A stretch of 63,493 bases of DNA, the filler included, from Octopus bimaculoides (taxonomy: Eukaryota): the NCBI RefSeq assembly GCF_001194135.2. It is 4 parts of 4 records of this genome, joined end to end, with 100 filler letters (N's around TTAATTAATTAA, not from the genome) between each part and the next. Parts side by side here need not be neighbours in the genome. Positions count along the whole stretch, not along the records: positions 1 to 16,135 come from NC_068994.1; 3 more parts are not named here. One strand, written 5' to 3'. Below are positions 1 to 10,075 of the stretch, piece after piece; the stretch's first letter is position 1; the number at the start of each line of letters is the position of its first letter. The notes under the pieces are model-generated. The model had not been told where the DNA came from, searched no databases, and saw only the letters and a program-made list of their open reading frames with translations. The position numbers and the translations under genes are program-made.

Positions 1-44
1 CGGTAGTGAAGTGAAAGCACGTTTTAAAAATAAAACTACTGAAC

Positions 45-102
<58 letters not shown>
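1..102 (+). mobile_element. 3' tail of Dong/R4-like non-LTR retrotransposon ending in (AAT)n
   Basis: ggtagtgaagtgaaagcacgtt(a/t)taaaaataaaactactgaa-(AAT)n, nearly identical to the tail at 46760-46870, which follows ILRKTLSIQ*. Confidence 0.75.
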
Positions 103-135
103 GAAAGTGGTATAGTGGAAGAGATGGACAATTGT

Positions 136-167
136 GAAAGCACGTTATAAAAATAAAACTACTGAAC

Positions 168-228
<61 letters not shown>

Positions 229-230
229 GT
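136..230 (+). mobile_element. Extremely 5'-truncated Dong/R4 tail insertion with 37-bp target-site duplication
   Basis: gaaagcacgttataaaaataaaactactgaac-(AAT)n, flanked by direct repeats 99-135 and 231-267 (aatagaaagtggtatagtggaagagatggacaattgt). Confidence 0.7.
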
Positions 231-233
231 AAT

Positions 234-715
234 AGAAAGTGGTATAGTGGAAGAGATGGACAATTGTGGTATGAGAAAACTCCAGAAGGAGTCACCGAAA
301 ATGAGAATTGCAAAATCCTGTGGGATGCAATGATCCAGTGCGATCACCCGACCAGATATCGGAAACCGGACATTGCTGTAGTAATATAATCGGCATAGCA
401 TGTCCCAGTGACAACAGGATCAATGTGAATGAAGAAGAAAAACTAAACAATTATGACGATGTGGTCAATGAAGAGAGTAGATGTAATACGAATAGCAATT
501 GGTGCGCTTGGAAGTATCAGCACTCAACTATCAACATGATTAAAAGAGATTGGTGCAAGTGTGAAGGTAGAACACCAAAAAAAAATCAGCATTGCTTGGA
601 ACTGCAAGAATTCTTCGCAGGGTTCTTGAAGCATGACCAGTAAACAAGTGTCACCTTAGTCTGGTGGTTGTGGACAGCTGACACTTTCCATCATACCCAG
701 CAAAATAAAGCTGTG
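234..715 (+). mobile_element. Dong/R4-clade retrotransposon fragment (restriction-like endonuclease domain), decayed
   Basis: Translates WYEKTPEGVTENENCKILWDAMIQCDHPTRYRKPDIAVV ... GTARILRRVLEA*, with frameshifts. Confidence 0.85.
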
Positions 716-727
716 AGTTTTCATATA

Positions 728-950
728 ATAAGAATACTTTCTACCGTAGGCGCAAGGCCTGAAATTTGGGGGAGAGGACTAGTCGATTACATCGACCACG
801 GTGTTTCACTGGTACTTAGTTTATTGACCCCGAAAGAACAAAAGGAAAAGTCGACCTCGGAAAGGAAAAGCTGAACTCAGAACGTAAGGATAGACGAAAT
901 GCTGCTAAACATTTTACCCGGTGTGCTAACGATTCTGCTAGCACGCCGCC
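728..950 (-). mobile_element. tRNA-derived SINE, family B
   Basis: Reverse complement of ggcggcg(t/a)gct(a/g)gcagaatcgttagcac...gagttca...gtcgac...cactgg...gtagaaag; matches about 9 other copies in the window. Confidence 0.85.
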
Positions 951-953
951 GTT

Positions 954-1005
<52 letters not shown>

Positions 1006-1039
1006 ACAACAGCAACAACAACAACAACAACAATAATAA

Positions 1040-1130
1040 TAAACAGTGCTCGTTGGGACTGCTCATATCCTATGAAAAATATTGTCTATGTAATCCCCAA
1101 ATCATTTTAATCTATAAACACTGCCAAAAA
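1040..1130 (+). mobile_element. Short Dong/R4-like 3' end fragment
   Basis: TVLVGTAHIL*KILSM* resembles the R4 C-terminal GTA(H/R)ILR motif; follows (TAC)n(AAC)n(AAT)n. Confidence 0.55.
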
Positions 1131-1174
1131 TACTCTTAAATGTAGATAATAACAAACACCTTTTACTGTCATCT

Positions 1175-2086
1175 ATTATTTGAAGTAAGAAGGTCAGGCA
1201 TGTGTTGGATGAAAGATTGCAAAGATAAAGCACTATACAAGCAATTGAAAACGAATGAAACTGAAAATAGGTGGGTAAAGAAAAGAATGCATGGTCAATT
1301 TCATAGGGATGTTGAAAATAAGACAGACAGAGAAAAAAGATGGCTGTGGATGACTAAAAGTGATTTAAAACTGGAAACGGAGGCTCTACTCTCTGCTGCC
1401 TAAGAGCAAGCACTAAGAACAAACTACATAAAATATAGAATAGACAACACAGCAAAAAGTGATAAGTGCAGAATGTGTGGACAAAATGGTGAAACTGCAT
1501 GGTATATTATCAGCCAATGTATGCCAGGCTTGTCCATTGGACACTTTGCAACAAGTATGGACTTGACAGAGCAAAAAATTGGTACGACCACAAACCCGAA
1601 GGCATCATCGAAAATAAAAATGCAAAGATCCTATGAGATTTTATGATTCAGTGCAACCATGAGATAGCGAATAAGAAGCCAGACATAGTCTTAATTGAGA
1701 AAGAAAACAAACTCTGCTGGACAATAGATATAGCATGTCCAGCAGATAACAAGGTATGCGATAAGGAAGAAAGAAAAGTCGAGAGATATGACAGGTTAGC
1801 TTGGGAAGTTAAGCAGCTGTGGTCGATGAAAAAGGTGGTAGTAGTAGTACCAATAATTGTCGGAGCCCTGGAAACTGAGCAAAAATTTCGAGAAGCACAT
1901 AGGGGCTGCAATAAGAGTGGAGCACTTGCAGAAAACAGCACTGGTTGGAACCGCTCGAGTACACCGGAAGGTGCTCTATAAATCGAGATGTTACTTTAGT
2001 TCTCTGGTAGTGAACAACTAACACCGCAGTACATCTCCAGCCTTAGAAGCTGTGCAAAGGCAATAATAATAATAATAATGATAATA
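1175..2086 (+). mobile_element. Dong/R4-clade element, about 0.9 kb 3' portion (CCHC knuckle + RLE) with (AAT)n tail
   Basis: MHGQFHRDVE..W..KSDLKLETEALL..EQALRTNYIK..CRMCGQNGE..II.QC and KKPDIVLIEKENKLCWTIDIACPADNKVCDKEERKVERY; tail gtgcaaaggca(aat)n. Homologous to 32044-33052. Confidence 0.9.
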
Positions 2087-2169
2087 AAAAAATGTATTAG
2101 TCCCAGAGTCATAGATGAGGGGTGCACCACAAGGATTACCCTGACTACCAAAGGTACAAGCTCTCACTC

Positions 2170-2660
2170 AACTGTATCACTTCCCTCCTCACCTACATTT
2201 TCCTTTCCAAGTGGAACTTAAAAAAGTCGATGAGGACTTAACCGATAAGGAATGAATCTTTCTTCAACCCTTTCAACTTTCGCCATAACCCCTCGACAGA
2301 GGAATATCGCCTGCCCCGCCTTGTTAAAGGTGATCTGTGGGGCAATCCTCACGATAGATTCGGCGATAGCCAGAATGGTCCCACACACGATAACAGCTGT
2401 TCGACAAAACTCCACAAGTCAGCAATACTCGGACACTGCACAAGCGCATCCAGAACGGTTTTGTCGCTTTGCACGCATCTGAGACAGTCCCGTTTGATAT
2501 CGCTTCCGGATCTGTAGAGTTTATCTCGAATCAGCAGTGTTCCTTGGAAGCGCTGCCAGGTCAGGGATTTCTGAAAGTTCCACGGTAGTACCAGGCCGGA
2601 AAATCTTCCGAAATAGACCGGCTCAGCTAGTTCATTTTTATCGACGCCTAGAATTTACTC
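2170..2660 (-). mobile_element. L1/Tx1-clade ORF2 C-terminal (zf-RVT) fragment
   Basis: Translates NFQKSLTWQRFQGTLLIRDKLYRSGSDIKRDCLRCVQSDKTVLDALVQCPSIADLWSFVEQLLS, fitting the L1-type C-x2-C...(H)-x4-C C-terminal motif. Confidence 0.75.
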
Positions 2661-2946
2661 TAGAGAGGTAAAGGGCAATACAGCATGGGATTACCTAAAA
2701 ATACATGTAAACAAAAGAAATAACAAATAAATAAATAAATTCAAAGAAAAATTTCGTTTGCCACACTACTTCTTTTGCCAAAGCCACAAAACAGATAAAC
2801 TAAGATGGCATCAGACAATGCAGTCAGGTACATACAAAAACGAGATGACCGTAGATAGATCTTTGGTAATATGTCTTCTCGATCAAGGTTGACAAAAGAA
2901 TGCTACATAACAACAACAACAACAGAAGTTTACAAACATTTTTTAC

Positions 2947-3158
2947 CTGATTTAAGATCCAATTAGTTTCCGGAGGAGCGATGACAGCTACGTAACTAAA
3001 GTTAGTTATACTTTTGCCAGGTACCAGAAATAAATCCCGATAACCAGGCCTGATACCGCTTATATTGAATGCGAAGAATTGTTCGATCACGATTTCTAGA
3101 GGTAAATCTGATCTTTCAGATGTTATGCTTGTCATCACTGCCACTGAGAAATGAAGCA
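2947..3158 (-). CDS. Exon D of the minus-strand gene (gene continues beyond window start)
   Basis: Acceptor tttgcttttgccttcatttcag|TG and donor CAG|gtaaaa. 212 bp, phase 1 to 0, open: (M)LHFSVAVMTSITSERSDLPLEIVIEQFFAFNISGIRPGYRDLFLVPGKSITNFSYVAVIAPPETNWILNQ. Confidence 0.8.
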
Positions 3159-5074
3159 CTGAAATGAAGGCAAAAGCAAAAAGAAAAAAACACTTATTTT
3201 TACATGGGATTACTGAAATATGGACATTGATAANNNNNNNNNNNNNNNNNNNNNNNNNNNNNNNNNNNNNNNNNNNNNNNNNNNNNNNNNNNNNNNNNNN
3301 NNNNNNNNNNNNNNNNNNNNNNNNNNNNNNNNNNNNNNNNNNNNNNNNNNNNNNNNNNNNNNNNNNNNNNNNNNNNNNNNNNNNNNNNNNNNNNNNNNNN
3401 NNNNNNNNNNNNNNNNNNNNNNNNNNNNNNNNNNNNNNNNNNNNNNNNNNNNNNNNNNNNNNNNNNNNNNNNNNNNNNNNNNNNNNNNNNNNNNNNNNNN
3501 NNNNNNNNNNNNNNNNNNNNNNNNNNNNNNNNNNNNNNNNNNNNNNNNNNNNNNNNNNNNNNNNNNNNNNNNNNNNNNNNNNNNNNNNNNNNNNNNNNNN
3601 NNNNNNNNNNNNNNNNNNNNNNNNNNNNNNNNNNNNNNNNNNNNNNNNNNNNNNNNNNNNNNNNNNNNNNNNNNNNNNNNNNNNNNNNNNNNNNNNCACC
3701 TATATATACAGGTAGACGTGGGTATGCACATACCTGTACGTATATACGCATATACTCATTTATTATTTATTTTTACATGACCAAACGCCAGCGTCATCAC
3801 TGTTGTAAGTAGTTATTTGAACTTTATATTTTCTGACGCGACTCTATCTCTTTCTCTATCACTTTTCGCCCCTCTCGTTCTTCCTCTGTCACTACTACGT
3901 ATCTCTCTTTACTCCTCTCGTTCTTCCTTCTGTTACTACTATATCTCTCTCTTTCCCCCCTCGTACTTCCTCCTGTTACTACTATATTCCTCTCTTCCTC
4001 TCTTTCTCTCGTTGCTCACCTATTCTACTACTTCCTCCCTTTGTTTCTCCCTCTACCACTCTCTCTCTCTCCCTTACCCCTGCATGGTCACATGCTTCCG
4101 GTCACTAATCCTTTTCTTCCTTGGCTATCGCCGAGCAAACACGCGAACTTACTTCGTCCCCACTTTCAAGTTCGTGCCTCACAGCGTTCANNNNNNNNNN
4201 NNNNNNNNNNNNNNNNNNNNNNNNNNNNNNNNNNNNNNNNNNNNNNNNNNNNNNNNNNNNNNNNNNNNNNNNNNNNNNNNNNNNNNNNNNNNNNNNNNNN
4301 NNNNNNNNNNNNNNNNNNNNNNNNNNNNNNNNNNNNNNNNNNNNNNNNNNNNNNNNNNNNNNNNNNNNNNNNNNNNNNNNNNNNNNNNNNNNNNNNNNNN
4401 NNNNNNNNNNNNNNNNNNNNNNNNNNNNNNNNNNNNNNNNNNNNNNNNNNNNNNNNNNNNNNNNNNNNNNNNNNNNNNNNNNNNNNNNNNNNNNNNNNNN
4501 NNNNNNNNNNNNNNNNNNNNNNNNNNNNNNNNNNNNNNNNNNNNNNNNNNNNNNNNNNNNNNNNNNNNNNNNNNNNNNNNNNNNNNNNNNNNNNNNNNNN
4601 NNNNNNNNNNNNNNNNNNNNNNNNNNNNNNNNNNNNNNNNNNNNNNNNNNNNNNNNNNNNNNNNNNNNNNNNNNNNNNNNNNNNNNNNNNNNNNNNNNNN
4701 NNNNNNNNNNNNNNNNNNNNNNNNNNNNNNNNNNNNNNNNNNNNNNNNNNNNNNNNNNNNNNNNNNNNNNNNNNNNNNNNNNNNNNNNNNNNNNNNNNNN
4801 NNNNNNNNNNNNNNNNNNNNNNNNNNNNNNNNNNNNNNNNNNNNNNNNNNNNNNNNNNNNNNNNNNNNNNNNNNNNNNNNNNNNNNNNNNNNNNNNNNNN
4901 NNNNNNNNNNNNNNNNNNNNNNNNNNNNNNNNNNNNNNNNNNNNNNNNNNNNNNNNNNNNNNNNNNNNNNNNNNNNNNNNNNNNNNNNNNNNNNNNNNNN
5001 NNNNNNNNNNNNNNNNNNNNNNNNNNNNNNNNNNNNNNNNNNNNNNNNNNNNNNGAGCTCGTCTACAGAATTCA

Positions 5075-6077
5075 TAATTTTTTCCGTCCAAATTGAAGAC
5101 TATGGAATAAATGATAATTAGATGGAGCAATGTCCGGCGAATTTGGTGGGTGGGAAATCGCTTCCCATTCAAACTACTCTAGCATTTGGAACGTCATCCT
5201 CGTTGTATGTGGCCAAGCATTATCCTGATAGAAGAACACCTTTCGTCTTGAAACCAAAAATGGTCGTTTTTCTTCTAGCGCTGACTTAAGCCGCTCAAGC
5301 TGCTCGCAGTAGATGTCCTTTGTTATCGTTTGGTTTGTGTTTAAAAGTTCAAAGTGGACTAAGCCTTTCATATATCCCACCAAACAGATAACAACACCTT
5401 AGCCTGGGGTGCCGCTGTTTCTCCTTTTCCTACCCACTGTCTTTGGCGCTTGACATTTTGATAGAGAACCCATTTCTCGTCATCAGTCACTATCCAAAAA
5501 AGGTTCAATCGTGAGACGTGACAGCAAGGAATGGCACACATTCACTGTCTGCGCACAGTTAGACTCTGAAATTTGCTGACTTTCTCGATGGCACACGGGT
5601 GTCGATGAATAGCTGAATGACCAAATCCAAGCTTCCCTGCTAGTTCTTCAATAGTTACGATGGGATTTTGTTCCACCAGGGTTTGCAAGACGTCCTCGTC
5701 GAGATCTACAAATCTTCCAGGACGAGGCTCGTCTTCTAGGCTGTAGTTTCCGGCTCGGAATTTCTGGAACCACCGTTGACACTGTCTTACGCTTATTGTC
5801 CGATCCCCATATACTGCATTAATATTCGTCGCACTTTCCGTTGCGTTGTTGCCTTTATTGTAATATGCCAAATGTGCTCCTTTGTTACTTCCTTTCTAGC
5901 ATTGAAAAAATAACTATTAAAATTGAACTGTATTCTTCAAAACTTGCACTAAGAATAAGAACAAGGTAAAATTACTATCTGCTTTTATAGCAAGTTGATG
6001 CAGGTAGTTTATTCCGTCCCCCTCTGATTTTTAGTTCATGCAATTGAAAACCGCATTATTTATGGGATGACCCAATA
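5075..6077 (-). mobile_element. Mariner (DD34D) DNA transposon, decayed; 3' end lost in gap
   Basis: HTH region VYGDRTISVRQCQRWFQKFRAGNYSLEDEPRPGR; IVTDDEKWVLY; QDNAWPH; HPPNSPDIAPSNYHLF. TIR-like ttgggtcatcccataaataatgcggtttt ends at TA 6076-6077. Confidence 0.92.
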
Positions 6078-6291
6078 TGTATATGGATATAATATAATAT
6101 AATATTATGTTATATTATTATATTATATTATATATATGTGTGTGTATGTTTTCGAACGAGCACATAAAAGACACACATGCACACAAACACACACGCATAT
6201 TCATACATACATCATACATGCTTACATATACATTTGAACTTCTGTACAAAGAAAATAAGACAAAGAGAAAAGAAGAATAGATTACACTTAC

Positions 6292-6382
6292 TTCTGTTTA
6301 TCTTTAAATTACAAGAGGATCGGCTCTGAATTTGCTCTGTTATGGTGTAACCATTTATTTCATTTGACACTGTTAAATCCAT
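6292..6382 (-). CDS. Exon C of the minus-strand gene
   Basis: Acceptor tcatttcattgccttctag|ATG and donor AGAA|gtaagt. 91 bp; only the phase-0 frame is open: MDLTVSNEINGYTITEQIQSRSSCNLKINR-a. Its 0-to-1 phases bridge exons B and D exactly. Confidence 0.8.
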
Positions 6383-6587
6383 CTAGAAGGCAATGAAATG
6401 AGTCTACCGTAAGTAACTTTTAAGAAGTTTCAGTAGAACATTGTAATTAAAACTTCTGTTAAATCCAAGTATATTTATCGGTATGTCCATATATAACATG
6501 CATTATATGCAGTATTGTGTAATTCTTCTATACAAAGTATATGTATATGTCACCAAAAAGTTTAAGTAAAACTTGAATAGGTATAGA

Positions 6588-6740
6588 TCTGGCTGTGTGG
6601 TTAAGAAATTTGCTTTCAAACCACCCAGTCCCGGATTCAACTACAATTTATGACATTTTGAGTGAACATCTTTCACTAATGCTTGAGTTGTTCCAAACTT
6701 TGTAAGTGGAATTTGGTAGCTGAAAACTAGACGGAAAATT
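6588..6740 (+). mobile_element. Degenerate 5' half of SINE family A
   Basis: tggctgtgtggttaagaa...ccaaactttgtaagtggaatttggtagctgaaaact, a diverged match to family A. Confidence 0.6.
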
Positions 6741-6949
6741 GTACACACATACGCACCTGTATGTGCATATATGTATTTATTTGAGCATCTGCCTGCCTGC
6801 TTGCCTCTCTCCCTCGGCCTGTCTCTCTTCCTCGGCCTGTCTCTCTCCCTCTGTCTGTCTGTCTCCTATCGGTCTGTCACTCTCCCTCAGTCACTGCTTC
6901 TGTCTGTCTCTGTCTCTGTCTGTCTGTCTGTCTGTCTGTCTCTGTGTGT

Positions 6950-7001
<52 letters not shown>

Positions 7002-7089
7002 CTACATATTTATATGCATCGAAGACGACAGAGACATGCAGTGAAATACATATGTAAGATCCTAGAAGGGTTGGCACCAAATTTTGACA

Positions 7090-7370
7090 TCTAAAGTTAT
7101 ACCCCCCACCCCGAACTGGACATCACTGCACCGTTCCAAATATCCTACCCATCTCATCTAGAATGAGGAACATGTTATGCAATAGAATGGGATTCAAAGG
7201 CTCACAGCTGCTTAATATCTTGCCAAAATAGCTTAATAGTTTGCCAAAACATGGCGTAGGGGCAGATGGATTCAAGAAACAATTTGACCTCCAGCTGTTC
7301 ACAGTCCCAGATAAACATACATCACGGGAAGAAACTCAAAACAGGGTGGTAATATCGAACTACTGCCCTC
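7090..7370 (+). mobile_element. CR1-clade LINE 3' end fragment
   Basis: RTGHHCTVP...MGFKGSQLLNILPK...GFKKQFDLQLFTVPDK.TSREETQ matches the CR1 ORF2 C-terminus pattern GPxLFNxLP...FKxxLDxxLxxxPD. Confidence 0.7.
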
Positions 7371-7617
7371 CCCCAAAGCCAATCACAAAAGAATAGCCAC
7401 TGAAAAAGTGTTAATGTTGGCGGTGCCTCACCATGGCCACAGGCTTTGGGGTGAAACACAGAAAAGAATAAAAGATTATATATTTCTTTCCTTCCCCGAG
7501 CGTCTGCTAATACTTTGCATGTACGACGTCCTCGCATTGTTGATCTTTCTTGTATTTGTTCTGTGTTTTTTTTTGGGGGGGAGGGGGTATTTACTATATA
7601 TATATATATATATATAT

Positions 7618-7823
7618 GAGTGACTGTGTGGTAAGTAGCTTGCTTACCGACATCATGGTTCAGAGTTCAGACCCACTGCGTAGCACCTTGGGCAAGTGTT
7701 TTCTACTATAGCCTCAGGCCGACCAAAGCCTTGTGAGTGGATTTGGTAGATGGAAACTGAAAGAAGCCCGTCGTATAAATGTGTGTGTGTATGTGCGTGT
7801 GTGTGTGCTTGCGCATTTGACCC
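7618..7823 (+). mobile_element. SINE family A 5' half (duplicate of 8296 copy across the gap)
   Basis: About 160 bp identical to 8296-8453, including private substitutions. Confidence 0.8.
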
Positions 7824-8295
7824 CNNNNNNNNNNNNNNNNNNNNNNNNNNNNNNNNNNNNNNNNNNNNNNNNNNNNNNNNNNNNNNNNNNNNNNNNNNNN
7901 NNNNNNNNNNNNNNNNNNNNNNNNNNNNNNNNNNNNNNNNNNNNNNNNNNNNNNNNNNNNNNNNNNNNNNNNNNNNNNNNNNNNNNNNNNNNNNNNNNNN
8001 NNNNNNNNNNNNNNNNNNNNNNNNNNNNNNNNNNNNNNNNNNNNNNNNNNNNNNNNNNNNNNNNNNNNNNNNNNNNNNNNNNNNNNNNNNNNNNNNNNNN
8101 NNNNNNNNNNNNNNNNNNNNNNNNNNNNNNNNNNNNNNNNNNNNNNNNNNNNNNNNNNNNNNNNNNNNNNNNNNNNNNNNNNNNNNNNNNNNNNNNNNNN
8201 NNNNNNNNNNNNNNNNNNNNNNNNNNNNNNNNNNNNNNNNNNNNNNNNNNNNNNNNNNNNNNNNNNNNNNNNTATATATATATATATATATATAT

Positions 8296-8709
8296 GAGTG
8301 ACTGTGTGGTAAGTAGCTTGCTTACCGACATCATGGTTCAGAGTTCAGACCCACTGCGTAGCACCTTGGGCAAGTGTTTTCTACTATAGCCTCAGGCCGA
8401 CCAAAGCCTTGTGAGTGGATTTGGTAGATGGAAACTGAAAGAAGCCCGTCGTATATATGTATAAATATATATGTGTGTGTGTGTTTGTGTGTTTGTGTGT
8501 TTGTGTATGTCCCTCTAGCATTGCTTGACAACCGATGCTGGTGTGTTTATGTCCCCGTCACTTAGCGGTTCGGCAAAAGAGACCGATAGAATAAATACTG
8601 GGCTTACAAAGGATAAGTCCCGGGGTTGATTTGCTCGACTAAAGGCGGTGCTCCAGCATGGCCGCAGTCAAATGACTGAAACAAGTAAAAGAGTAAAGAG
8701 TAAAGAGAG
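8296..8709 (+). mobile_element. tRNA-derived SINE family A, near full length, with internal (TA)n/(TG)n tract
   Basis: A-box-like tg(a/g)ctgtgtgg, B-box-like gttcagNccc, gcaccttgggcaagtg, and 3' gctccagcatggccgcagtcaaatgactgaaacaagtaaaagag. Confidence 0.9.
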
Positions 8710-8971
8710 AGGATATAGTAATCAGGTAGAATCAGGTACTTGAAAAGATATGCACCAGTTAGGGTTGAATAAACCTGTGGTTCTGGCCTATGGTTGGTAA
8801 GTATCAAATAGGATATTCCAGTTGTGTACACAGAGAAAACCAACCCTATGACTATTTAGCGCCTAGGGGCTGGTCCAAATCACGCGTTACTTTGAATAAT
8901 GCGTTGATGGTATACTCTAGGGTGTCTGACAAGTCGTAAATTCCCTTTGTGTATTATAATCAAATGAATAA

Positions 8972-9137
8972 TAACATACGATGGATAATTGTCAGATCGT
9001 TACAGCTGTTTCTTACGTATCTTTTTAATAGAAGAATGAAAACATTACGGTTTTTGTAATGGCGTATCGTTGTCATTCTTCTATTAAAAAGGTACGTAAG
9101 AAACACCTGTAATGAGCTGACAATTATCCATCGTATG

Positions 9138-9140
<3 letters not shown>
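8972..9140. repeat. Palindromic element: 72-bp inverted arms with 25-bp spacer
   Basis: 8972-9043 is the reverse complement of 9069-9140 with about 5 mismatches. TA lies at both outer ends. Confidence 0.95.
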
Positions 9141-9172
<32 letters not shown>

Positions 9173-10075
9173 CAGCGCTCATCAAAAGGGCTAGTATGGA
9201 AAATATGGGGACAACTTTCTGTTACTTGAAGTCAGGAATTGTTACATCTGGTTTGTTAGTGCTGTGAAAAAATGGAGGGAGCCCGCAGTTGTTCAGTGGG
9301 GAAATTCATCTAGAGTTATACCCCTTGCACAAGTGTCGGAATGTCTTCACAGTGTAAGAGGTAACTGCCAGCAGACAGAGGATAGAGTCTGAGTGCCGCT
9401 AGCATGATGTTAATCAGTGTAGGGGAGAGGCCGGAAAAGGAGATGCGGTAGGTGTCCAATCTTAATGTATGGACGTGTATATGGATGCATGTGTTTTATA
9501 CACCCAAACCACAGTAAAAGGAAGTAGTGATGGTGGAAGCTTTAATGTTTATAATCACGGTGCAGTCCACCAGCATCCAGGTACAAATTTTCTTTTATGT
9601 GGGTAGGATCGAAAAATTTCGCTTTTACAGATTAGGTGTGTACCTAGGTGAAGAGAGTTCTTTAGTAAAATTCTTTTCTTCCCCAAACATACCCTGCACC
9701 TCCAACTGTTATCGAAGTAAGGTTCGCACCTCCCCAGAATTCCAGGACTTCACTTTACCTTGTAATGCGTGGCTTTTTCTTTTAACGACTATATAAGCCT
9801 AACTTGGGTTGTGACATTTCCCTTTCCGGGATATTAAAAGCGGACTCGTAGTTGTTAAATCTGATCCTCAAGGGACTCTCTGTCACACGCACATATTTTA
9901 ACACATCCGTATGTCTACTGAGATATTTTAACATCATTTGACTTCACCTCCATCTCATATGTGACGGTCTTTCTGTAGCACTGGCCGTTGAGTGAACGCT
10001 AGACTAAACAACGCTCTTCACCCGAATACCTACATTAATTATAAATATAGTTAACAACATTAACTGTATATAACC

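Noticed and set aside
2947-3158. Octopus chemotactile receptor / Cys-loop call from exon D (IRP...ETNWIL)
   Set aside because: Once exons B and C are spliced in, about 155 residues precede this segment, which does not fit a Cys-loop mature N-terminus. Kept only as a minor alternative.
7598-8453. Identical SINE A 5' halves on both sides of a gap
   Set aside because: About 160 bp are identical including private mutations and bracket a gap, which most likely reflects contig overlap or a haplotype artefact.
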